64,000 nt of DNA, taken from NCBI GenBank assembly GCA_964106915.2, contig OZ066914.1; one strand, given 5' to 3'. The stretch is from Podarcis gaigeae. Taxonomy: Eukaryota. The notes below the pieces were generated by a model that did no database searches, had not been told where the DNA came from, and saw nothing but the letters and a program-made list of their open reading frames with translations. Shown here piece after piece: positions 51,583-64,000 of the stretch. The first letter of the stretch is position 1, and every line of letters starts with the position of its first letter. The translations under genes were made by a program, and so were the position numbers.

Positions 51583-53003
51583 GTAAGCTGAATTATCCTC
51601 CCCTGTACTTGGAGAACGCAAGCTTCAAGAGAACTAGACAAACTCTGTACACTGGGTTCTGCCAATCAGCACAGGCTTGCACACATACATGAACACATTC
51701 TTAACCAACGTGCTGTGGTTACTGAAAGTTGCAGTCCCAGATTAGACCATAAAGTCTATTTCACAATAGCAGCAAACAATCCAACATACAGTAAGCAAAG
51801 GCACAGCTTGGAAAGTTAGGCTTCAAGTCCTATTTTATTTTATTTTTTTGTAGAGCAACGAATCTGAAATCTGGTGCAAATTTTGTCAAACATTGCATTT
51901 TAAAAGGAAATTTCTGAACATTCTGGTTGAGGAGTTGGGCTTGAAATATATAGGCAATGCAATTATGAACTGAAGCTTCTAGCTTGTGCAAATTTCATTA
52001 CAGATGAAATTAACTCACTGAGCACAACATCTTGATTTTCTTAGCGTAGAACTTGGTGTGCCTATTTTTGTTTTCTTGGGTTCTATATATTCCCAGTTTC
52101 TGAGTGTAAATAACTGTGAAGTTGAATTTGCATTGCCTCAGCCCCAGTATCAGCGCATGGCATCTTTGGGTTGTCGCTGGCAGAGCACACTGCTGCTGAA
52201 CTGACACTTGCCTGACCCACTGCCAAGAAGTTTGGAGCCACCATATAAAATTCTCCATAACGCCCTGGAGCATCATTGCATTGGAACCACTGTCGGAAAT
52301 TTTAAATGGCAGTTCTAATCTGTCCAATGCTGATGCAGCACTGTTGCCAAGTGCCACTGCCAGGTAAGCCCACCAGACTCCTCCGGTGTAGGAGGGGAGC
52401 CCACCTAAAGCCACTTTGCTGATGCCCCCCTCAAACCTGGAACTTGCCCTGGTATTGACTAGGACATTTGCATTTTGCTGAGCTGTGTGTATGCCCTCAG
52501 AGCATTGAAACCCCAGGCAGCTGCCCTTTTGGTTCAGTACGTTTAATTTCCTCACAGGCCGCTTTCTGTGTTAAAATATGTATGGACTCTGTGCAGCAAT
52601 GAGAAGGTAAAGTCTGAAGGATAGTGAACAAGAAATAAAAGGCTTGACCAGCTCTTTTGAGGTTTAGTCTTACAGGACTGGGCTGCCTTCAAAAAGTTGG
52701 AGAAGAATTCATAAAAATATTTCCTTGGTATCGGAGAGTAGCAAGGACATAAACAAGAATGGCATCTGTAATACCGTTTAGTCATGATTTTGGTTGCTGA
52801 GCAGATTGCATTAAATTGCTGCTCCTTAGAAGTTGTTTGTAGGCTTGCATTGTGGAAGTTGCATTGTGGACTTGCCTTCAATTTAGCTCTACTGGGCAGT
52901 GTGGCCTTAGAAGGATGTTGGAATATTATCTCCTGCTTTTTTAATTAAGGCAAATCAAAAACTGGAAACCAATGTATGAACTATAACTTCATGGCAGACT
53001 TTA

Positions 53004-53237
53004 CAGTGGTACCTTGGGCTAAGTACTTAATTCGTTCTGGAGGTCTGTTCTTAACCTGAAACTGTTCTTAACCTGAAGCACCACTTTAGCTAATGGGGCC
53101 TCCCGCTGCCGTCGTGCCGCGATTTCTGTTCTCATCCTGAAGCAAAGTTCTTAACCTGAGGTACTACTTCTGGGTTAACGGAGTCTGTAATCTGAAGCGT
53201 ATGTAACCTGAAGCGCATGCAACCCGAGGCACCACTG
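53004..53237. mobile_element. Tigger-like MITE subfamily 1
   Basis: TA|CAGTGGTACC...GGCACCACTG|TA termini. Confidence 0.9.
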
Positions 53238-54654
53238 TAGTTGTTTATTTATTACCCTGGCATTAAGGATATAAATCCTTCCCAGGCATCTTACCGAAAC
53301 ATTAAATTACATTTTTTTAAAAAAATTAACTAATAAAAAGTCATTGGGATCCTTCCCCACAGGTAGTTGGTGGTAGAAAGTCCTGACAGGAGCAGGGGCA
53401 GGGATGGTTCAGTTGATACAGGCTCTGAAGTGATCTTTACCTGCATACATAGAATCTAGGAACCTACCTCAGACCTTTGGTCCATCTAACTCAGCTGGTA
53501 CTGGCGGGCAGCAGCACCTCAGGATTTCAGAGAGGATTCTCTCCTAGCCCTACCTGGACATGCTGGAAATTGAACTAGGGAGCTTTTGCATGTAAAATAT
53601 TTTCTTCCCCATTCCCTCTTTCCCCCTACTTTCTTCTCTCTCACTTGGAAATATTTCCATAGGGTAATTGGCGGTGGACCGCCCTGTATTGGATACGTGT
53701 GTATGTGAGTGAGAGAGACATGGAGTAAATAACCAGTAAAGCAGAAGCAGACTCTACTATTGTCTTGTCTAGCCAGGCTTCCTACATTTAATTGGCTTTT
53801 CAGTAAACTAATTGCAGTGACTTCATGCGGCAGGGGATTGGTGATGATCACTGATCATTTTTCCCCTCCCTTCTTGTTAAGCAGATCCAATAAGGCCTAT
53901 GTTCCAAGTTTAATGAAGATAAACCTTTGCTAATTTCTCTGTGTAAGTTGATTTGCAGAGAATAAATTCATTAGTATGGCAACTTGGCTGCACCCCCTAA
54001 TTTATTTATTTATTTTTAAGAAAACTTGGAAGCGCAATTTAGCATATACAAGGTTTGTGAGTGATACAGATACTTTCTTTGTGCTCATATCAAACAACAG
54101 CAGCTTATTGTTATCCATCAGAATTCTACTAACAAAAGTCATTTGCTTAATTTAAATAAATTTTGCTTTCAAGCCTAGTTCATTGCTGCACATCCCACTT
54201 GATGGAAGGTTTAATGCAGTTGCATAATTAATACTGCAATTTTTGTTTTTCCTTTCATGCAGAATTGGACGTTGATAGAAATGGCTTTGCTTCTGGTGAA
54301 TAATTTTAGACTCTATTCGAGCCTTCATTTTGAACCAAGCTAAGAGAGCACAGTAGAGAGGAGTGAAGGGATGATATGCTTTTTTAAAATACATCATGGC
54401 TTTACTGAGTTTCCCTTTTCATGCAATCAATTACAGTGGTCCCTCTTGGGCACATGCGGAAGTGTTAGTATGAGCCCAAGCTGTTGTACATAGATGGAGC
54501 CCCAGCCGTTCCCATGATAACAGTAGCTGGAGAAAATGTGGCAGGGATGCTGGCTGTGTGTGTTCTTTTTGAATGTTCTGTGATCAGATCATCTAGCCTA
54601 TTTAAGGCTGTGGGATATTCAGGACAGATAAAACTTCTTAACACAGTCCATAGT

Positions 54655-55078
54655 TGTCAGGGAACTGCCATCGGAGCCAGAGGCGGAGGGAAGGCTCCAG
54701 AGCGATGCTGGAGAGGGTCCCAGCAGGGAGAGAGTCAGTCCATCTGCTGGGGAAGGAAATCAGCGTAACATCAGGGGTGAAGGGGGGCATCGGAGAGAAG
54801 GCGCCAGGACTCTTCCCCGGAGACCAGTGGGGAGAGCACGGGTCCTCCGCTGCCCACACCCTCCCTGTGCAGAAGACTTCCATGCAGGGAGAGTAGGAGG
54901 AGACTTGGCGTCAAAGAACTTCTCTGCTGGAAGAAGTTCAAGAAACGCCCACTGACGATTCTGCCAGCGATTGAGATAGCCACGAAGTGAAGGGCTGTCC
55001 AGCCAGAAAGGGTTCAACCAGGTAACCTAGCCAGGAGTGGCGGCAACTTACGCACGAGCGACCCCTATAACCATTACA
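54655..55078 (+). mobile_element. Solo LTR (Gypsy-like) inserted in a CR1 remnant
   Basis: TGT...ACA termini; 5-bp TSD atagt (54650-54654, 55079-55083); GC/purine-rich. The CR1-like sequence resumes after it. Confidence 0.75.
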
Positions 55079-57056
55079 ATAGTTAAGCAGTAGAATTCTC
55101 TACCACAATATGTATTGATAGCCACCAGCTTGAACAGCTTTAAAAGGGGGTTAGACAGATTCATGGAATATAAGGTTTCTAGGTTTCTAGTCATTATGTA
55201 ATCTCTAAGTCATGTTGGTAACCTCCAAAATCAGAGGCGGCATGCTTCTGAATACAATTACTGGGGATCACAAGCAGGAGTGAGCTATGGCGGTTGTGTT
55301 CTGCTTGTGGGCTTCTCGTAGGTAAGGCTGGAGAAGAAATTTGGTTTGCATTTTAATGCGAACAGATCCAGGTCACACATCGCAAAACAATATGTAAACA
55401 GAACGCAGCTATCCTTGAAAATCAGCACTTCTCTGAATTTAGAGATCCAGTTCTCCAATCAAAAATGTCTGTACTAGGGCAATGTGTGCCGCTAAATGTA
55501 CAAAAATGCACTATATTAGGGAAGGTACTTGCAAAAATGTGTATACTGGGTAAAATTGTGCGTGAGAAATGCACACTAAAATGCAAAAATATAAATAAAT
55601 AAAGACTTTTAAAGTAAATAAAAAATCTCAAACTAACCAAAATATGTACCAAAATAAATTTAAGATTGGAATAATAAGAACATGAGCGAACCCAAAATTG
55701 ACAGATAGGCCCATTCATTTTCAAAGATCTAGGTAGTCACTGTGAGAGCAGAATGCTGAACTAGATAGGCCTTCAGCAGAGCTCTTCTTATGACGGGGGG
55801 AGGCTCAAAAATTGTGTTCTATACAGAGAAGCTGAAATAATTTTAGATGAGATAAAGTGGCCTCAAAGTTCCTGATGATATAACTATGTGTTTGTGACAA
55901 ATTCTCAGAATTGCTTTAATTAGCTTACCACCAAGATCCCTTCTATATTCATATGAAAGCAGCTGCGCATTTGGGGTATATTTCATATTTCCTTGATACC
56001 TCTTTTTGGCCAAGGTCCCCAAAGCGATGATGAGATTAATAGTTTGTTACGATCTTCTCATTATCAGGGTTAGAATGTTGGAGTTGTACCCAATGCTGTA
56101 CTCTGAGTAGATCCATTTGAATTAATGGACCTGACTAACTTAGGTCCGTTCATTTAAATGGGTCTACTTTGAGTAAAATGTAGTTAGCCACATCAGGGTG
56201 TAGTAAATCCATGCTGGTACATGTACTTCAAATGGTTATATGAAGACTGAATGTTGGCAGGTGCAGCTTTTTATTTTCTTCACCTGCATGAGAAGCTGTA
56301 CCTTTTATGGTTATTATGTCAGTATGTCCTTTTTGTGTGTGTCTGGTAATCATAGCAACTTTTCACCCATGGCAATTGATGATGGTTCAGGCTAATTGTG
56401 ATTCCTAAAAACTCCTAATCTTTGCCAGCCTCAAATGAAAAAGCCAGAATGCAGTGGTCCAAAAATATACATATAACAATGTTGGCAATTTTATCAATAA
56501 TATTTTGAATGCAAATTTTCTGAATCATAACTTCTCTAGATGTTTCTAATGACACGTTCCAAGAAACTGGAATATTAGCTACAAAAACAAAATGGTATTT
56601 AAAAAAAAAAAATCAAAATGCTTCCTGGAAATATAAAAAAGAGTAATAGAAATGCATACATTCTCATTTTACCTACAGAGGATTTGGAAGTGAGCATTTG
56701 TAAAGCACTTTGAACATGAAAAGTACTATGTAAATGCTTAAAATTCTTGTGTTATTTCTTGTTGCTATAGAAGTTCACTAGATGTCAGTATAGAAGTTAC
56801 TTTGACTGGTATTTAGTGAATCTTGAAGTGAATCCTTCTTTATTGCTTTGCCATTTAAGCCCTAAGGAAAAGCAAATTAGTTTGATTTAAAGACCTGATA
56901 CCTCAATGAAATATTGAAGAACATTTCACTAGACTTATCAGCCAAAAGACTGCGACTAAATTCCACAATTTATTAACCTATATGTAGGGTATGTAACCCT
57001 ATTAGACTTTCAAGTTGCTCCCACATAAGCACCATTTTGAAACTTATTGTGGCTGT

Positions 57057-57057
<1 letters not shown>

Positions 57058-57103
<46 letters not shown>
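57058..57103. repeat. (TAG)n microsatellite
   Basis: Read directly from the sequence. Confidence 0.9.
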
Positions 57104-57104
<1 letters not shown>

Positions 57105-57974
57105 TTTGATTAGATACTGTACAATAATTACTTGTATCCTGATAGAATTGGATTGTTGTTTGTTTATTTGAACATACTCAAGGAGGCCTGGGCCTTTGGA
57201 CTGTGTCATTTCAGCCTCCTCAGTTATTTTTTACCAGGTACTCTAGTGCCATTGTGGCGTCAAAAGACAACAAACTGTTCCAGTGTAGAGTAGGGATGGC
57301 TACATGAATAATGGGAAGACTGGAAAATATATTAAAAAATTGTTTCAACTACAGAGGTTGGGGTTTTGGGGGGTGTTTTTTTTTAAGACTTAGGAGCACA
57401 TGCTACAGATATAATTGTGATGACCCAGCAGATTTTCTCTTTAAAGACACTGCAGTAGATGAGACTTCAAGATGCAAGTTTGACGTTTTAAAGACTTCAA
57501 ATCCTAGCAGAAAATGTCAGTGAATTTTTCATACAATTACGCCGTTTTTGAAGAACAGAAGAAAAGAAGGGAAGTTTTGAAACACTGCACTATGTAACAT
57601 TTCCTCTTTCTCGGCCCAGGCCTCGAGGGCATTTCATTTTAAATCCTGCACTTCAGGCTATTTAAGTGGTTTGTAAAAGAACAGGTATAGCATATTAAAG
57701 AGGCTTTGCAAAGGCACCTTGAGGAATTGTCTTTTAATATTTTAAACATAGGTGTCTTACTTTTCTTACTCCCCTGCCCTATCTACCTCCATTACGTTCA
57801 GGATGAGTCAGCTGGCTCTTCAGCAGCAGAGTTCCAGTTCCAAAAGAGTTCTGCATTTTTCAACAGCAGTCCTGCTTTTTTAAACAGTAGAGTATATGCC
57901 AGCCCCAGAATTTTTAATTGAAAAAGTAGTAAATGGAAGCTCTAGATAAATAGGATATTTTATTTCCTCTGAAC

Positions 57975-58201
57975 CTGTGGTTCCCAACGTAGGGCACTCG
58001 CCCCACAGGGGGGCAATTTGATTTTTAAGGGGGGCAATTTGAGAATGAGTTATTAACAGTGAATAGCCTTTTAGGCTTCCTCCACGTGAATAGGAGTTTG
58101 AATAATAAGAATTATATGTCACCGGGGTGGGGGTGGGCAATCACGATTTTAGAGATGCTTTGGTGGGGCATGGCCAAAAAAAAAAAAGTTGGGAACCACT
58201 G
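57975..58201. mobile_element. hAT MITE
   Basis: Termini ctgtggttcccaac...gttgggaaccactg; TSD ctct(g/a)aac. Confidence 0.75.
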
Positions 58202-58513
58202 CTCTAAACCAAGGGCTTCTTTTACATTCACTTGTTAATTTGAGAGGGGTACATCATTTCACTAACTGTGTCCCACAGTGTGTGCTCTCTTCTTTCTTTG
58301 CACCCCCACAGCTTCCTTTGAACTCTTCCTTTTGTTAACCACCCCTCCTTTTCTATTTCTCCTCTATAACACTTCTCCTTTTTCATTCTGCTCCACTCCG
58401 ATTTGTTTTCACCCATATCTGTTATTGATTTCCGTTCTTTGCAGAATTTTCTGAATTTCACATTCTCCTCCGCTTTTCTCAGATATCAGATGAAGTTCAA
58501 CATTGTTCTAAGG

Positions 58514-58745
58514 CAGGGGTCAGCAACCTTTTTCAGCCACGGGCCGGTCCACCATCCCTCAGACCATGTGGTGGGCCGGACTATAGTTTTTGTGGGGGAG
58601 AGAACGAAATTCTATGCCCCACAAATAACCCAGAGATGCATTTTAAATAAAAAGACACGTTCCACTCATGTAAAAACACACTGATTCCCGGACCGTCCGC
58701 TGGCCGGATTGAGAAGGTGATTGGGCCTTAGGTTGCCTACCCCTG
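58514..58745 (+). mobile_element. hAT MITE family A
   Basis: Termini caggggtcagcaacc...ggttgcctacccctg; TSD ttctaagg. Confidence 0.88.
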
Positions 58746-60135
58746 TTCTAAGGCAATCATTCATCAGTGCAAACATGGATGGAACAGTTTTTCCTCTCCT
58801 ACCTCCATGCACTGTTATGGGGGCACTCCAGACCACCCTGAGCCAATCCGGGGGCACATGGGGAATGAGGGGGGAATCCAGTGCACTAATAGGTTTCATT
58901 GTGCTGGTTCCTGCGATTTCCATGACTGCATAGGCCAAAACAAGTGTTACTTCAGTTAGCTTATTTTATTTTATTCTATTTTATTTTATTTTGATACTCA
59001 TTTAAATTGATATTATTTGGTTGCTTATTTGTTTTTAATCGGACTGCAAGCTGTAGGAGTTGTAGAACCGAAGGGCAGGATAACAAATAATTATACAGAA
59101 ATAAATTCATATACAAATATGAAACATTATAGGGTAAATTGTCACGTGTGTGTATTAGTTAAATAAATAATTGCTATTTAAATTTAATCATTTAAAACTA
59201 CACACATATTGGTGGTATTATTCAGATCTCTCTTCCCCTTGTAGAGTGGCAGGGCCCAGATCCCAGGCACATGAAAGACAAGAAGCAAACAGGTGGCTGA
59301 GAGTGAGGGGGGAAAGTTGGACAGGAGGAGAAGCGTCTGCTACTTAACATCTTTTCAGAGTAAAGCATTGATTTTATTTTTTTTATAGTCATTTGAGTAT
59401 GTGTAGTGGGATGCCTTAGGGGTTGCTTGCTTTTTCTTTTTCCATATATAGCTGAGGTAGGAAATAAATCCATGAAACGAATGCACAGAAAGGTGCAATA
59501 GGTTCACACAGGCTAGACTTCATAGCTTAACACGAGGGAGTTGGATAAGTTCTGTAGCTGAGCGTGACCAGAGAAAGGTGATGCACTGTGGAATTTGTTA
59601 ACATTTAGGACACATTCCAAGGCTTGCCCTTCTTTTTCCCTTGGAGGACTTGGGTAGTGGAAAAACAATTCATCCTGTACTTCACAAACAATTTTAACTC
59701 TCCTTTACTTGCTTGCTGAATAGATAATAGAAGTGATATTCTGAACCTCACATCATGAATATTTGGGATAGCTACTGACAGCTAGTAAAATTCTATTGAA
59801 TGAGAGTGTGAAAATGATATGGAGTGTCTTTTGGAAGATTAAACTTGTATTTAAGACCTCACTGTGCGGGCAGTTTAAAGACCACATTTAGCCATTGCTA
59901 TTTATCACTGAAAATGGGGGAACGCAGAAACCCACGAGGGAGTGGGTTGTATTGTATTCTGAACACAAAATTCAGAGCACGTTTTGATGCTTTATGAATG
60001 AATGTGAAAATGGGTGTGCTATATAAAACAGTGGTGGGGAACCACCAGCCCATGGGCCTAACAGGAGCCTTAATTTGGCCCACAAGGTCATTTCCCCCAA
60101 GCCACACCCACTTGCCCTACACCTGACACCATATA

Positions 60136-60394
60136 CCGTATTTTTCGCTCTATAAGACACACCAGACCACAAGACGCACCTAGTTTTTGGAGGAGGAAAA
60201 CAAGAAAAAAAATATTCTGACTCTTAGAAGCCAGAACAGCAAGAGGGATCGCTGCGCAGTGAAAGCAGCAATCCCTCTTGCTGTTCTGGCTTCTGTGATA
60301 GCGGCGCAGCCTGCATTCGCTCCATAAGACGCACACACATTTCCCCTTACTTTTTAGGAGGGAAAAAGTGAGTCTTATAGAGCAAAAAATACGG
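60136..60394. mobile_element. Tc1/mariner (Tc2/pogo-like) MITE
   Basis: TA|CCGTATTTTTCGCTCTATAAGAC...GTCTTATAGAGCAAAAAATACGG|TA termini; internal hairpin. Confidence 0.85.
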
Positions 60395-63300
60395 TACATT
60401 GTCAGGAGTTGAGCAAGTAAATATGCAGTTCCTTCCAAAAGTAGGGTTTGCAGTTTGAAGTCCACCCCCTGGACAAAGTAAAATCTTCATCTGATGGCAG
60501 TGGCTTTGTCAGGAGTTGGGGAAGGTGAGGATCCAGCCTGCGATCTGGAAAAGATTCCCCACTCCTGCTCTAAGGCAAAATGAAAAAATGAGTAAATCCT
60601 TGAGGAAGTTATGAAAGACATAAGGTAAAAACACCTACTAGAATCAACGGCAGGACAGACTCGAGACTCAATGAAAGTCTTCACTGGTATGCAACTTTAG
60701 TGGTGTGAAACTATTCTCCTCTTTGGATATGGCAACATAGCAAAAGGAAGGGGAGATGGCAGGGGCACTTTTGCCTGCTGGGCAATTTATATTGCTTTGG
60801 GGGAAGATAACCAAAAGGAAGCTAAAAGCTTTGCAAAATGAGATGATTGTTTCCTGGTGGTTGCAAATAATGGTAGGTATCGGGCATGCTCTGTCTCCGA
60901 TATTTCATTGATCAAGAGTGGATATGTGAATTGATAATCTTTGTCTTTTGACTCAATAAATTGATCGGCTAATTTATAGTCTCCTGAAGCCAATCTCTTC
61001 AACCATGTCAATGCCGCCTACATAGACGCAATTATCTGAGAGGTTCCCCAGATTCAAGCCTTGAGTTAAAAAGCACACAGTAAAAGCAACCTCTGCTGGA
61101 ACCAAGATTCACCGTGTATGCTTCCTTTCATGATTGATGCCGGGACAAGGAAATAAATTAACTTCTTTTCCCCTCTCAGGATGAAAGCTGAATTCATTTT
61201 ATACTTTATACTTGGTGGGTTATGACAGGAAAGGGATCTCCATTTGTAAACAGTACTGTTTATAAATAATTATTTCTGGGGTGAAAACAACTGTTCTAAA
61301 TGTACTGGAACTGTCTAGCAGTGTAAATTAGTTTTGTAGCCCATAAAATCCTGCAGTACAAACATTTGTTCAGTTATTGCCAACCTCTGGGTAGAATGTG
61401 GCCAGTTTTACCTGACAACAGTCCAAGGTCCACTAAAACGTCTTGGGCTGAGGGATCTGGTTAGGAACTTGGGCACATAGTTGACCTCCAAAGTCATGTT
61501 TCCTTCTTCTTTTTGTAATATGTTATGGGGTCAATATCAGCCAGGCCTTAGACAAAGCAGATTTTGTTTTACTGTGAATCTCAGTCCTTTGGCCCAGAAA
61601 TTGTATCTATAAATACATAGTGGGTATGAAATGTTTCTGCAACACAGGAATGAATTCACTGCAGTTGTTGATAGAGATGGTGTCCTAAGCAGGCGTGGGG
61701 GTGGGGATCCTCAAACGTCAAAGGATCTTTTCCTCTTATTTCGGATTGCTGAATGAAACTGACATTGCCAGTCTGCTTTGGAGACCTGCACTCTATGCTA
61801 GCCTTACTCCCCCACCTTCCTTCTTTATTCTTTCTGAAAACAGAGAGTTTCTATTTATGCAGTTCAGATCTTGCTTGAAACTAGATTATTCTTGGACCAA
61901 AACGAGCCATTGTGGTGATTTAACTATCATAGGGTATATATAGCAGTAATATATGCAAATTTCCTTATTTAAAATGTTCTGTGCTCACGAGGTTTGTCTT
62001 TTTTTTTTTAATTAACTGCAATAACAAAATTTTATTTGTGGCCCGCTAGGCCTCTCCAAAATCTGGTCTTTAAAATAATAAATAAATAAATAAATAAATA
62101 ATCACTTTCATTTAACGATCACTCATCTGGTTTCTTGCTGTGATTCTGTGTGTCATCCTTCACTTACTGAGTCACATGAGAGTAGGGCAGTGGTTCCTAA
62201 GTATAACTACTTATCATAGTTGTATTCTAGCTCTGAGATGACATTTTGGAAGGGGAATTAAGCACAGGTGTCCTCTCTCTCCTTTATTGAGACAAAGATG
62301 GAATTGTTAGGATCACAGATGTATTTGAAAATAGCACATCTCTGCCCCACAACATACTCTTTGACTATTGCTAGAGGCTCAGGGGAGATTGGCTCCAGAC
62401 AGTGAAGATGAAGAGTACTCACAGTACCCTAAAATTCTTTTCAGAAACTAATGGCAATAAAGCACCAACCACAGAAAGAGCATTAGTGCTGTATTATATG
62501 CTATTAGATGTCCCAAATGTTTGGGAAACCCTAGCTTAAGGCAATGTCTGAGAGTTTTGAACTTGCTAAGCCTGGGGGGTATTCTCTTGGTGGTGGGTTT
62601 TCCTTGGAGCTAACTGCTGGGCAATCTTACTTAATTCTTCAGAATGGCTAGGAAATACCTGAAAAGAGAGCATGTCCCCCATTCTTCGCTAAGGACAATG
62701 TAATTTGGGAAACTGTAATTTGAGTCGGAGACTCTGATCAATAGAGAGACTTAAGTTTTAAGATTCTGTAAGCTAAGTGCATCAGGGGTTAGGGCTGCCT
62801 CTCTGTCCAATTTAGCTGTCGGTTAGAGGGTCAAGCTGTGACTCCACCTGTGTTCAACCTGTATATAAATAAAATATTACAAAATAGCATAAGCCTCTAG
62901 TGATGTCCTTCCAAGGGAAACCAAATCTGAATGAGCACTGTGCTGGTAAAAGGAACTATTAAGTCCTAGGAGACGTTGGAGATAAATCCGAATGGTCGGT
63001 TCATTGTTTGAATTTCATTAGCGCTGTGTTTGAATGTGAGAGCTGGGCTTTTCTTCCAAGTCTCTAGAATGCCAGTCTGCAGTTTCTAAGGTGGATTCCC
63101 AAAGGGAGGGTTCTTGCATTCATATTCCTGGTGTGATCCATTCTGAGACACTGAGTTTAAGCAAGCCTCTTGCAATCTTAAATTGTTTAGTTTGTGATCA
63201 AAACTGAACTAAAGGAGTTCATTTTCATTTTTAGAAGAGAGAGGTAATTGTGTACATGTCCCAGTTTCCTACTTTATGAATGGAAATGTATGAGAGACAT

Positions 63301-63617
63301 CTTCAATGATCTGTTTTTCATATGCAGATCATTTTTCCCCTTCTACAGTTCTTTAGGCTTAAGGTGTAGTACCATCAAGGTGAAAGGCTGTGGAATTTAA
63401 GTGGATCATTCTTTGCAGAAGTCTCTCTGCTTCAGAGATATTGCCAGAATCTACTGTGACAAAGAGCCAATTGGAAATGCAGTTCTTGATTCTTCTCCTA
63501 TGCAGAGGAACAGCACACTGCAACAGACTGGAGGGGATATTTCCTGTTTTGAATGTTTTTTCGAAACTTAAATGTACAGTGTTTGATAGATATTTTCTGG
63601 TCTTTTTGACTTGGCAG

Positions 63618-63680
63618 ATTGATCCAGCTCTGGCAGAAAGAATCAAGAAGAATAAAGTGACTCTGGAATCGGAATATGAG
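63618..63680 (+). CDS. COX16: COX16 coding exon 3: IDPALAERIKKNKVTLESEYE
   Basis: ggcag acceptor; gtatgg donor at 63681; 63 nt, phase 0/0. Matches recalled COX16 [21 protein letters not shown]. The final exon lies downstream of the window. Confidence 0.93.
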
Positions 63681-64000
63681 GTATGGTTCACTGCATGTTC
63701 TAGCACTGAAGGCTTTTCTTTGCTACCCTTCACTAGTGATAATAATGGTGTTTCTTCCCCTAGCTAAAATTAAAACAGCCCTGGCTTTGATTCATGGGCA
63801 TCCAGTAAAAGCAGCCTTTGCTTTTGGATAGAAGCAATATTTGAGAGTTCAAAGCCTTTTATAGCACTCCTCTTCTTTGATGTCCGCCTGCCAAATACAA
63901 CACTGCAAATACATTTTAACTGTTCCTGTGGTTAGTCTATAAAAGATTTGCAGGTCTGACTGGAATGTGCAGGAGTCTCCATTTATATTGCTAATATTAT

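Noticed and set aside
52010-52555. 181-aa minus-strand ORF, and a possible plus-strand cassette exon 52142-52363 (CAG|GTAAGC donor)
   Set aside because: No recognisable homology. The cassette has a weak acceptor and an early in-frame stop; unsupported without RNA data.
63390-63767. 125-aa ORF
   Set aside because: Intronic read-through around COX16 exon 3; only 63618-63680 is supported.

Overview
This is vertebrate genomic DNA from a squamate, most likely a lacertid lizard such as Podarcis (inferred from Sauria/POM-type SINEs, Squam3-like SINEs and BovB). Two intron-containing genes lie in tandem on the + strand. (1) A DESI2-like PPPDE peptidase (deubiquitinase/deSUMOylase family): coding exons 2-5 at 12668-22520 with an intact His/Cys dyad; the first coding exon was not found and probably lies upstream of the window. 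(2) COX16: a CpG-island promoter and coding exons 1-3 at 33967-63680; the last exon is beyond the window. The rest is intron or intergenic DNA dense in transposable elements: Sauria and tRNA-derived SINEs; BovB/RTE, CR1 and L2 fragments; a Neptune-type Penelope element with a hammerhead ribozyme motif; solo LTRs; and many hAT and Tc1/mariner MITEs with readable TSDs. Most interesting: the DESI2-like gene appears to be a divergent paralogue sitting directly upstream of COX16, where human has SYNJ2BP. It ends in a PDZ-ligand-like tail and is phase-compatible with a read-through fusion into COX16. Also notable are a cargo-carrying hAT element, the Penelope hammerhead, and MITE insertions that recur at the same site of a SINE. 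Comparisons to reference proteins and repeat consensi are from recall, not from a search.
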